A stretch of 28,716 bases of DNA from a virus. Its lineage: Duplodnaviria; Caudoviricetes. The first letter of the stretch is position 1, and each line of letters opens with the position of its first letter. The position numbers were made by a program, and so were the translations under genes. Shown here piece after piece: positions 1 to 9,400 of this stretch. The stretch covers positions 1-28,716 of the IMG/VR virus record IMGVR_UViG_3300017766_003469; one strand, 5' to 3'. A model generated the notes under the pieces. That model did not search any database. It was not told the origin of the DNA and saw nothing but the letters and a program-made list of their open reading frames with translations.

Positions 1-486
1 GAACTATTTAATGTTTCGTTTACAATATTAGAACTATTTAATGTTTCATTAACGGTATTAGAGCTAATATTAGGTTTAATGACATTAGAACTATTTAATG
101 TTTCATTAACAGAACTAATGTTAGGTTTAATGACATTAGAACTATTTAATGTTTCGTTTACAATATTAGAACTATTTAATGTTTCATTAACGGTATTAGA
201 GCTAATATTAGGTTTAATGACATTAGAACTATTTAATGTTTCATTAACAGAACTAATATTCGGTTGAATAATATTAGAACTATTTAATGTTTCGTTTACA
301 ATATTAGAACTATTTAATGTTTCGTTAATGACATTAGAACTATTTGAAATTTGATTAACAATATTAGAATTATTTAAATCTTCGTTAATAGTGCTAGAAC
401 TATTTAAAATTTCGTTAACAATATTAGAAGTGTTTAAAGTTTTGTTGATGTCGTTAGAATTATTTGATACTTTATTTGTATTGTTA
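1..486. repeat. Coding tandem repeat with 30/27/24-nt units arranged in a 138-nt higher-order repeat
   Basis: Units such as GAACTATTTAATGTTTCGTTTACAATATTA; positions 1-119 are identical to 139-257; units degenerate towards ~486. All unit lengths are multiples of 3 and encode NSSNIVNETL / NSSNVIKPNIS-type repeats on the - strand. Confidence 0.93.
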
Positions 487-2588
487 GAGTCAATATTTGA
501 ATTAACACTATTAGAATTGAATAGAATATTAGTAGTAATATTGTCATTATTTGATATAGAGTTAAAATTATTAATAGCACGATTATTCTCGTCAAATATG
601 CTATTATTGTTCGTGACAATAGAATTATTATCTGTTTCTATTTTATTAAAATTATCAATATTTGAACTATTAGGTGTTTTATTAAAAGTATTAGTTCTAT
701 TTAAGCTTTCCCCAATAATAGAATAACTATTACCTATCTGATTATTTAAGTTAGTTACTAATTTATTGTTTATATTATCAAAATTATCTTTTGTATTTGA
801 ATTATTAAATTCTTTAGCTTTATGAATATTATTTGTTGTAAATAACGGATTAGTAATATTGTTAAAAGATGAATTAATAAAATTTAAATTTTTTATAATA
901 TTATTATTGTCTGTATTAAATAAGTTATCCGTTATAATATTTTTTTCAAAAATTGATTTATTTGTATTATTTGATAAAATATTATATTGACTGTTTAATT
1001 CATTAATATTTGAATTAATATTATTACTATTATTAGATAATGATGAATGTGAATTGTCTAATGTTTTAAAACTGTCAATTAAATTATAATTAATCGGTAT
1101 AATTTTATTTTCATCATGATTTACTATAGTTTCATAGAAATCATTTATATTTAAATTTGAAAATGAATTATCGTTGGTGAATACTTTTTCATTATCTAAA
1201 AATAATGTATTTTCATAAATAAATTTATTTATTTTATATTTTTGAAAATATTCTATAGAGCTATCATAGTTATTTTCATTTTGATTCTGTTTAGTTTGTA
1301 TATTTACCGATTCATGTTTAATATTTTCTAAATTTTTATTAAAAATATTATCATTAATTTCAGTATTATTCAATTTATTTTCATTTTTATTTAAACTAGA
1401 ATTTAAATTTGTTTCTACGATGAATGGAATACTTGTGTTATTATTTGAATCAATTGAAAATGAAGTATTTGCCAATAAACTCAATAAATGTTCAGAGAAT
1501 GTGTTTGAATTATTTTTAACATTTAAACTATTACTAATTAAATTAGTATTATTTCCCCTTTGAATATAATCGAATAATTTATTTTTATTTTCTATTAAAT
1601 TAGTTTTTGAATCTTCAATATTATATTCGATAGAGGATGGAGATTCACCATCACTTACGGTTAATGGTTTATAATAGTTTTCAGAATAATTCTTATTTTC
1701 AATATTTTTACTTTGCTCTATATTGCTTAATTGTAGAGTATTGGAATTGCTATTGAAAATATTTTGATGATCTAAATGTTGGGTATTTAATTTAGTATCT
1801 TGTTTATAATTATCAACATTTTTAATATTATTTAATTGGTCAATTGAGGATAAATTTAGATGATGATCATATATGTTTTTTATATGACTATTAATCGTAT
1901 TTTTATCAAATGATTGGTTATTTTTATTTTCACTCAAAATAATTGCAGAAGTATTTGTCATAAAATCATAAGGATTAGACAAAACAAATGACATATTAAT
2001 TAATTTTGTATTGTTATTGGTAGAAGAATTTGTTTTTTCTACCGATATAGAATTAATATTATCAGTATTATATTGATATTTTAAATAATTATTTAAATAG
2101 TCATTAGTTGAATTATTATTAATAATATTATAATTAGTATTTGTTGATATATCTTTATTGGTATTTTTACCTGATGAATCAATAGAGCTATTGATATTGA
2201 AATTATAGGGAGATATGTTTAATAAACCTGAGTTTAATTTATCTGTATTCTCCTTCAGTAAGGATGAAATGGATATTTCATTTCCTAATACATTTTCAAT
2301 TAAACTAAAGCTTTTATTTTTTTTTATATTAATATTATAATTTTTTCCACCATCATTTAATTTTATATTCCCACCAGCATATGAATCATATTTTTCTAAA
2401 TTAATGTTTATATTAATATTTTTATCACTTTTAGAAGCCAATTTAGATGCAGATTCTGCGTTTACTGGTTCTGGTTGGATTAAATCCAATTTTTCAGTTC
2501 TAATGTCACTTTGAGATTTTAAAGATAAAGAATTAGAAAATATATTTAATATTTCTTGTTTTAATGCTTCTAAATTTTTATCGTTCAT
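1..2588 (-). CDS. Asn/Ser/Ile-rich low-complexity repeat protein, partial (>862 aa, runs off left edge); tape-measure-position gene
   Basis: Hand translation from ATG at 2588 (MNDKNLEALKQEILNIFSNSL...) found no stop before the window edge. ATGA overlap with the stop of the upstream gp51-like ORF. Absent from the ORF track, presumably because it has no stop in the window. Function inferred only from its position after gp26/gp51. Confidence 0.8.
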   Translation of the reverse strand, partial: MNDKNLEALKQEILNIFSNSLSLKSQSDIRTEKLDLIQPEPVNAESASKLASKSDKNINININLEKYDSYAGGNIKLNDGGKNYNINIKKNKSFSLIENVLGNEISISSLLKENTDKLNSGLLNISPYNFNINSSIDSSGKNTNKDISTNTNYNIINNNSTNDYLNNYLKYQYNTDNINSISVEKTNSSTNNNTKLINMSFVLSNPYDFMTNTSAIILSENKNNQSFDKNTINSHIKNIYDHHLNLSSIDQLNNIKNVDNYKQDTKLNTQHLDHQNIFNSNSNTLQLSNIEQSKNIENKNYSENYYKPLTVSDGESPSSIEYNIEDSKTNLIENKNKLFDYIQRGNNTNLISNSLNVKNNSNTFSEHLLSLLANTSFSIDSNNNTSIPFIVETNLNSSLNKNENKLNNTEINDNIFNKNLENIKHESVNIQTKQNQNENNYDSSIEYFQKYKINKFIYENTLFLDNEKVFTNDNSFSNLNINDFYETIVNHDENKIIPINYNLIDSFKTLDNSHSSLSNNSNNINSNINELNSQYNILSNNTNKSIFEKNIITDNLFNTDNNNIIKNLNFINSSFNNITNPLFTTNNIHKAKEFNNSNTKDNFDNINNKLVTNLNNQIGNSYSIIGESLNRTNTFNKTPNSSNIDNFNKIETDNNSIVTNNNSIFDENNRAINNFNSISNNDNITTNILFNSNSVNSNIDSNNTNKVSNNSNDINKTLNTSNIVNEILNSSSTINEDLNNSNIVNQISNSSNVINETLNSSNIVNETLNSSNIIQPNISSVNETLNSSNVIKPNISSNTVNETLNSSNIVNETLNSSNVIKPNISSVNETLNSSNVIKPNISSNTVNETLNSSNIVNETLNS

Positions 2589-2764
2589 CTATATCTCTTT
2601 CTTAACGCATCCTGAGATGCTGCTTGATTTTTACTATTAGCAATTCTATTATTCTCATTCTCGATTTGTTCCCTCAGTAGTTCCACATATATGTCTCTTT
2701 CCCAAGGTATTAATGTCTCTAATTCTGTTAAAGAATACTTGTAAAGATGCATCATTTTAAACAT
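2585..2764 (-). CDS. gp51: Baseplate hub assembly catalyst, gp51-like (59 aa from ATG; possibly made as a frameshift extension of gp26)
   Basis: MFKMMHLYKYSLTELETLIPWERDIYVELLREQIENE... carries the KYSLTE.E...PWERDIY motif of gp51 in T4-like cyanophage-type genomes. Lies directly after gp26; too short for the ORF track. Confidence 0.85.
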   Translation of the reverse strand: MFKMMHLYKYSLTELETLIPWERDIYVELLREQIENENNRIANSKNQAASQDALRKRYR

Positions 2765-2802
2765 TAGTTCAAAGTATGAACCAAGTGCTATATGGCTGAG
2801 GC

Positions 2803-3513
2803 TTATCCGAAAAAATCTTTGATTCCCTTAAGTAATATACTTCTCTCAACTCCATCATTTGTTTTATATTTAACAATATGTTCAATTCTGGGCATAGTTG
2901 CAAAAAATTTGATCAATTCATCGAATTGTATTTTTGTCATATTATCCACAAATTCACGAAGTTCTTCTTTTGAAGTAGATTCAGCTTCTATTCTAGAATC
3001 TTTAGTTTCTATATAATCTATGCAAGATATTGCCAAATCATAAAAATCAATTAATTGCATATTTTCAACTTCATGTTCTATGAATAATGAAATGCTTGGA
3101 TATTTCATCTGAATGAATAATTCATCCGAAATTATGATTTTTGTTTTATGATTATCAAATTTTTTAACCTCTATATCTTCTAAATTTATAGTTAATTTAA
3201 CATTTTGTTTAGTTTCTGGACACTCAAGAATTGGATTAACGGTTTCCATTACTGATTTTGATCTAAGTTTTATGAACAAATATTCTAAATCAAATAATGG
3301 TAAAGTAGAAGCGTCGCCTATGCCATCAAAGCATTCGTTTATAATCTGAACTATAGTTTTAAATATTTCGTTCTCTTTACCAGTTTCTTGAGCTATTAAA
3401 AGCATTTTTTCTTCTTTTACGATAAACGGTCTAAACCATATTTTTTTACCAGTTGATGGTATTATTGTTTGATATTTTGGTGTAGTTTTTTTAAGCAAAT
3501 CTATTAGTGACAT
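2803..3513 (-). CDS. gp26: Baseplate hub subunit / assembly chaperone, gp26-like (~236 aa)
   Basis: Motifs P.Y...IPSTGK...FRPF.VKEEK.LL, FDLEYLF.KLRSKSV.E, MKYP, FF.TMP, G..DFF. The ATG at 3513 has a GGAG Shine-Dalgarno (3519-3522) and is preferred over the track start at 3537. Confidence 0.9.
   Translation of the reverse strand: MSLIDLLKKTTPKYQTIIPSTGKKIWFRPFIVKEEKMLLIAQETGKENEIFKTIVQIINECFDGIGDASTLPLFDLEYLFIKLRSKSVMETVNPILECPETKQNVKLTINLEDIEVKKFDNHKTKIIISDELFIQMKYPSISLFIEHEVENMQLIDFYDLAISCIDYIETKDSRIEAESTSKEELREFVDNMTKIQFDELIKFFATMPRIEHIVKYKTNDGVERSILLKGIKDFFG
2809..2815 (-). other. Candidate -1 ribosomal frameshift heptamer T TTT TTC
   Basis: gp26 ends GAT TTT TTC GGA TAA, an X XXY YYZ heptamer in the correct phase. 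The -1 frame is open from here into the gp51-like ORF. Confidence 0.65.
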
Positions 3514-3523
3514 AATTTCTCCA

Positions 3524-4141
3524 TTATAAGAATTCATACTCGCGGAAAGTAAATATTACGACAAAAGTACCGTACCCAGTCGCTTCCGACGAAAGGGAGG
3601 TTGGGGTTATTGAAACAGGATAGGCATCCATTAGAACCATTGCAGAATTTGATGAATTTAGATTATGATCGTCGGATCTTAAGTTATAAATTACAACGGT
3701 TCCTAATTGTTTGGATTTAGTATTTGAATAGTCTGAATATTTGGTCGCACTAACTTCTCTATTGAATGGATTTGATATGCCGGATATAGCTTGAATTATG
3801 CTTATACCTTCACCACTAGCTTGTTCAGTAGATCTATCTGGAATTACTTGATTCATCCATCTTTCAAAATACCTTCTTTCATACCAATCTTGGTATATTA
3901 TGAAAGTCATAGCACATTCTCCATATTCCCTTCTTATCGGAATCTGCTCAGCTGGTCCCCAATAAGAAAAAGGAACTTGAATGAAAGATCTCTGTGGTAA
4001 GGTTACAGATTCGGGATAGGAATACATCGTTTCACCAATTGGATCAGAAAAAGCGCATGTATATTTGGAAACTGGTTGAATTCCACCATTATTGAGAATT
4101 TTTTGTCTAACTTCGGTGATGGTTCTGGAGGTCCTGTTCAA
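3524..4141 (-). CDS. gp54: Baseplate tail-tube initiator (gp54-like, gp19 tube fold)
   Basis: ESVTLP, YWGP...P.RREY....MTF, R.YFE.WM, DAYP.SI....LS and F.V.F.FR motifs of the tube-fold family. TTG start overlaps the gp4 stop (TTGA) and has a GAGG SD upstream. Confidence 0.72.
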   Translation of the reverse strand: MNRTSRTITEVRQKILNNGGIQPVSKYTCAFSDPIGETMYSYPESVTLPQRSFIQVPFSYWGPAEQIPIRREYGECAMTFIIYQDWYERRYFERWMNQVIPDRSTEQASGEGISIIQAISGISNPFNREVSATKYSDYSNTKSKQLGTVVIYNLRSDDHNLNSSNSAMVLMDAYPVSITPTSLSSEATGYGTFVVIFTFREYEFL

Positions 4142-4569
4142 AATAAATCCTCTTCTGTTAGTATTTTAAATTTGATATTTTGATCTTTGCAGAATTGAAT
4201 AGCTGATTTCCATTTAGCTTCATTTACTTTATATATCATATTTTCTTGCAAAAATGTTGTTTTTCTTTTCTTACCCAATTCTGGCGCTTTAGTTTGTTTT
4301 TTGGGTTTTATTTCTATTACCATAGTTTCTATATTTCCAAGTTTATCTCTTGTTTCTATTAAAAAATCGGGAATATAGTTATGAAGTTTATTATCGACCG
4401 GAGATACATAAGGTATCTTTAAAGCTTCAAAAGACCATCTAATGATATTTTTATTAGAATCTAAATATTTACAAAATTTTCTTTCCCACAAAGAACGGCA
4501 TAAAATAGAATTAATATCACCTATATATTTTGATGGGTTATCGGGTATATATTTTGTTTTATATGCCAT
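4138..4569 (-). CDS. gp4: Head completion protein gp4 (TnsA-like PD-(D/E)XK nuclease fold)
   Basis: NP.KY.GD...I.CRSLWERKF, IPY.SP.D...H.Y.PDF, IEIKP.KQT, N.AKW..A, FKILTE motifs; divergent from gp48/gp53 as in related genomes. Confidence 0.93.
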   Translation of the reverse strand: MAYKTKYIPDNPSKYIGDINSILCRSLWERKFCKYLDSNKNIIRWSFEALKIPYVSPVDNKLHNYIPDFLIETRDKLGNIETMVIEIKPKKQTKAPELGKKRKTTFLQENMIYKVNEAKWKSAIQFCKDQNIKFKILTEEDLF

Positions 4570-4599
4570 ATTAGTATATATTCAGGAGTAAAATAATAA
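4570..4599. promoter_or_regulatory. Divergent intergenic region with palindromic TATATA (candidate late-promoter variant) and AGGAG RBS for gp48
   Basis: 30-bp gap between the divergent operons. TATATA at 4575-4580 and AGGAG at 4584-4588. The - strand reads AATATATA-CTAAT-ATG, close to the T4 late consensus TATAAATA. Confidence 0.45.
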
Positions 4600-5445
4600 A
4601 TGGCAATATTTAATTATACGCAAATATTTCCGGCATCTGCTGATATGAGACAAAGAATTCCTCTTTGGTTAAAATTTTATTGCTATCAATATTCAAATAA
4701 TTCACTGGTGAGAGCTGGTAGAAGTATTTTTGGTGGACCAATGATCCGCTGCATTCAAGTTCCGGCACCAAGAGAATTTTCCACCACAACTGATGTAGAA
4801 TATAATGCAAAGATAGGAGCAGAGGAAAATCGTACCCTAGCAGATCCATTGGACGGATTGCTGCAGCCACTCACTACTATAGCTGAAATTCCTGATAGAA
4901 TTTTAAATTTCTTTGGAATTGGTATAAATGAAGATTTGGATATGACTGATACCAAGTTTAAAGGAGTTAATAAGAGAACTTTTCAATTTAAAATAATAAT
5001 GCCATCACGGACTGAAGAAGATGCCCAAGCAGCATCTGATATTTGCGACGCATTTGAAGCTTTAGCTCTACCAACCGCAAGATTAAATGTAGCAAGCAAA
5101 CAAGTTGATCATCCTCCGATGTGGACTTTTGGAATAGGAGCAATTGACGATCTTAATAATGATCGAAGTTGGTCTGGGCAACCACAGTTATCAGTATTAG
5201 ATAAAGTTATTGTTAACAAAACGGCATTTCAAGATTCATATGCCATATCTGATGGTGGAGTGCTTAAACCATTAGCGCAAAGTGTAATTTTGAACTTTAT
5301 AGAATTAGAACCAGCAATGAGATCATCTGTTCCGTTTTCTTCTACTATTATTAATCGTTCCACTTCTTTTTATACTCTCGGCGGATTAGGAGTGGATGGT
5401 ATACAGGGAGCAGTAACTATAGGAAAAGCAGTAGGACTAGGATAA
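4600..5445 (+). CDS. gp48: Baseplate tail-tube cap, gp48-like
   Basis: FKGVNKRTFQFKIIMPSRTEEDAQAASDICDAF and C-terminal L.F.ELE motifs; lies before gp53. Confidence 0.8.
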   Translation: MAIFNYTQIFPASADMRQRIPLWLKFYCYQYSNNSLVRAGRSIFGGPMIRCIQVPAPREFSTTTDVEYNAKIGAEENRTLADPLDGLLQPLTTIAEIPDRILNFFGIGINEDLDMTDTKFKGVNKRTFQFKIIMPSRTEEDAQAASDICDAFEALALPTARLNVASKQVDHPPMWTFGIGAIDDLNNDRSWSGQPQLSVLDKVIVNKTAFQDSYAISDGGVLKPLAQSVILNFIELEPAMRSSVPFSSTIINRSTSFYTLGGLGVDGIQGAVTIGKAVGLG

Positions 5446-6428
5446 TGTATTTTAATAAATTTCCAAAAATAGATTACACTTTTCAAAATGGACAAACTGT
5501 GCCAGTTGTTGATATATTTAGAAAAGTATCAATATCACAAGAAAGTTTAAATAACTCAAATATTTTTATAGATGTTATAAATGGAAATGGATCAAAACCC
5601 GAAACAATATCTAATAATTATTACGGAAATCCAGAATTATCTTGGACACTATTTTTAGCAAATCAAACAGTTAATCCGAGTTTGGATTGGAATCTAAATT
5701 ATGAAACTTTTTATTCGCAACTAACTCAAAAATACAATGGTTCTGTTTATTATACAATAAAACTATTAGATATAAATGTAAATGACATTGCAATTTCAAT
5801 TCAAGGTAGTATAGATTTTGATGGTCTTGGAAATGCAGATGGTGGTTTTTTTAATATATCTTCCATTGATGTTGAAAAATATGTTTTAATTAATAATATA
5901 AATAAAGAATTTAGATATTTTTCTGGTATTGCTTTTAATAATTCACCTATCTCCGGCAAGATAGCATTTTTGAGAAAGAATTCTCAAGGTAAATACTCAT
6001 TTGTAGAAAATGCAGATGGTAAATACCTAGTAGCAGATATAAATAAAAGAGAACCATATTTAAAATCTCCATATTATTTTAAATATAATGATCTTATAAT
6101 TTCACCATATAGGATATTTAATCCAAATAATAGAGAGTTAATGGATTATACTGCAAACTCTACTACAAATAATATACAAGAACCAGAAATAATAACAGAC
6201 ACATCTACTTTATTTTACACTATATTATTTAATTATTTTTTTGGTAATCCATTACCATTAGGATTACAAAAAATATCTATAGAACAATATGAATTACAAA
6301 AATATGAAGAATCTATAAAAATTAAAGTGATAAAACCAGAGTTCATCTATCCTCTTGTAGAATTATATAATACCGCTCTAAATAGTAATACTATAGGAAG
6401 ATCTAAACAAATAGAATTAAACATATAA
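5445..6428 (+). CDS. gp53: Baseplate wedge subunit gp53-like
   Basis: MYF.KFP.I.Y, DIFRKV, KPETISNNYYGNPELSW...LAN...P..DW and C-terminal YE...E....IK.IKP motifs. Confidence 0.88.
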   Translation: MYFNKFPKIDYTFQNGQTVPVVDIFRKVSISQESLNNSNIFIDVINGNGSKPETISNNYYGNPELSWTLFLANQTVNPSLDWNLNYETFYSQLTQKYNGSVYYTIKLLDINVNDIAISIQGSIDFDGLGNADGGFFNISSIDVEKYVLINNINKEFRYFSGIAFNNSPISGKIAFLRKNSQGKYSFVENADGKYLVADINKREPYLKSPYYFKYNDLIISPYRIFNPNNRELMDYTANSTTNNIQEPEIITDTSTLFYTILFNYFFGNPLPLGLQKISIEQYELQKYEESIKIKVIKPEFIYPLVELYNTALNSNTIGRSKQIELNI

Positions 6429-6429
6429 T

Positions 6430-9400
6430 ATGCCATCAGATAATATACCAGCCGAAGTAAATAATACAGCAAATCCATTTCCATCCTTCTTAAAAGAAGT
6501 TAATTTTTACAAAAAAAATTACCCTTCAAAACAATCAGTAGGTAGTGGTAATCTATCTACTGGATCTCTAGTTGGTAGGACCAGTGACGATGAAGGTGAA
6601 AAATATATTTTATTTAACAGTATTTTAACTGGTCAGGGATTTAATTTAACTTCTCTATTATCAATAGAAATTAAAGAATCTTTATTCACCCCATACATGA
6701 GTGGTACTCTTGAGTTATTTGATGAATACAATTTGATAGAAACTGTAAATTTTACAGGAAATGAAACTATAGAAATAGTTTTTAGTCTTCAAAATTTACA
6801 AAATGATATTAAACTTAGATTTAAAGTAATATCAGCAAAAGCTATAACCGATTTATCCACAGTAGATCGAATTAACTTTTTAGAACCCGCCAGAGTATAT
6901 CAATTGGAGTTTATTTCAGAAGAAATTTTCAATCACACATTTACAGACGCACTATTAAAAGACGAAAAAGATTTCATAGGTTATATTGCAGTTGATTCTG
7001 AAAATAATACAGAAATAAAAGGTCTAGTAAATGAAATATCTAGGCAGTTAGAATTATCACCCATAGAAATTGAAGAAACAAAAAATGGTATTTGGTTAAA
7101 ACAAAATGAAATTTCATATCCAACGGGTAAAGATCATGGCCAATATCCATTTATAAATTTGATGCAGCAAATAATAACATATGCAGTATCAAAAGATAAT
7201 CCAAATGCAGTAAATTACTTCTTCTGGAAAGATAGAGAAGGATGGAAATTTAAATCTTTAAATAGTTTAATAAAAGCTGGAAAAGATAAAGTAAAATTTA
7301 CACAGTTAGCAGAAATTACAAATTCTTTTTTAGGCGATGTTTTTAAACAATCGGATTTAACTCAAACTTATATATTAGAAACTGATGATGATAAAAATCC
7401 ATATAAAGTATGGAATGCTATTGCTTTAAATCATCTGGATAGTATGAAACTATATGCTCAAAAAGCTTATTCATCATATTATAAATCAATAACACCAGAT
7501 TATACAAATCCATATTCTAATTTTCTAGACACAACTGCTGGGTTCACATCCTCGATAGTGGACTATGATTATCATAGAGATTTTGATAAAATTGAACATA
7601 TTGAAGAATATAAACTTATATCAGATGACATCGAAACAAGTCCTCTTGTTATTAAAAATACAAACAGAAGGACAAAAAATGCTCCAGAAAAATTAACCAT
7701 TCCTGCATTCAGATATGGAGAAGATTCTGTTTATGGATTTTATGATAATTTAAGATATAATACACCATTTGGACAATGGATTTATAACTCAGCAGACATG
7801 GGATTTGGTAAAAAGGTAGAAGATCCCGCTGTTGTGTGGTGGGATTATTTGGGTAGGAGTGGAGATTCTAGATGGTCAAATACAAATTGGCAACCACAGT
7901 TTGATTTGACGGAATTAGATGTTAAAACTCTATATACAATTAATAAAAAAATCAGAGAACCGCTAAAACAAAAAAGACAAAAATTTGCCCATCTTAAAAA
8001 TATAAAAAGAAAATGGGAAGTTTATAGATGTGCAGTTTGTTGTTTAGAGGGAGCAAATGCCGGTGGAACTGCTGATGCAGAACTAATAAAACAATATCAA
8101 GGATTAAGTGGAGCAACATTTAATATATTATTTGGTGCTACTGGTATTTTTTCTGATATGAAGCAAGAATATAAATTAGTAGCCGCAGGATCATTTACAG
8201 ATACTTTAAATTATGATTCCGGCGATACTGGGAGTGAATATGGGTTAACTCTATCTTATAACTTTAACGAAGAACCCTATAATCAAAGTATAGGACAATT
8301 TTTTAACTTTAAAGAAGATCTACCAAATTATAAAAAATATATTTTTGAACGAGGATTAAACATCTACAAGGTGGCAATAGAAACTACAGAAAAAAGATTA
8401 AACAATGTAGAAAATTTTATACAAAATGTAGATACTTATATTGGTGCTGTTGATAATTGGATAACTCAACATTTAGTAGATTGTAGCCAAGGCAATTCAC
8501 CTTCAAGTAATCCATATGGTTTTGGTAATGTTAATTATGGTGAAAGACCGGCCAGTAATTCAAATATATCGTGTGGAAATAATACGGATTATTCTCTTTT
8601 TTATACAGCATATCCAAATGGTGGAAAAATTCCAAATTTAACTATACCAAAAGGACTTTGCTGGAAACCTACTCAATTTGCATGTCCTAATAAAGAGTAT
8701 TATGAACCAATACCAGATTTTATAATAGATTGCTCAAAGGATATAGTAGTAAGTCCCATTGAGGTGTTGAATAATTACATTACAGAAATTGATGGAACCT
8801 ATTACAGATATTATGGATTATATCAAAACTACTATGATTGGTTATATCCATTTCAGGTAAATAGTTATTATGAAGCAAATAATCCAGCAGGAGAGTTGAA
8901 ACGGTGTATAGAGGCAGGAGATTGCTATAAAACAGTTTGTTTCAATCCTATTGCACTTGAACTTCAAAAACGAATAGCACAAACTGAAGTTAAAGCATTA
9001 AAGGTTCAACTAGAATTATTAAAATATTCACAGAATATAGTAACTAATTCATTGATACCAAATTGGGAACAACAATATTCTGAATGGTACAATAGACCTG
9101 CATTTTTTGTATCCAAGCAGCCAGGTGTTAATATCTTTACCGGTATAACTGGTGGAGGAAGAACTGGCCCTGTGACACAACCACTGTCATTATACAATGT
9201 TAAAAGTGTAAAAAGAAAACCAATTAGGGGTAGTAGATACGAGTTATTGGCTCGATCTAAAGGACTAACCGGATCTCAAGTTGGTGAATGGGTATATAAC
9301 ATCTTTTTTGGAAACGATCCTAGTGTAAGTTCTACTATAAAACATCCATATTATGATCAAGGTTATTCTGAGAAAAACGGAAAAGGCTCATTTGTTACAC

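Noticed and set aside
1-430. Dense N-x-S/T sequons (NET, NSS, NIS) suggesting N-glycosylation
   Set aside because: Expected by chance in an N/S/T-rich repeat; no supporting evidence.
1-486. CRISPR-like array
   Set aside because: No unique spacers; unit lengths are multiples of 3 and lie in an open reading frame; no cas genes.
79-726. + strand Leu-rich ORFs 79..267 and 391..726
   Set aside because: Antisense shadows of the Asn-rich - strand ORF; the Leu/Ile richness follows from the complementary codons.
727-2590. Apparent 2-kb non-coding gap or recoded region
   Set aside because: Fully covered by the open - strand frame from 2588. Other genes are intact under the standard code, so no stop reassignment is needed.
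4138-4569. TnsA-like nuclease as a transposon or homing element
   Set aside because: Matches the core head-completion gp4 in its usual context; no tnsB/C or element ends.
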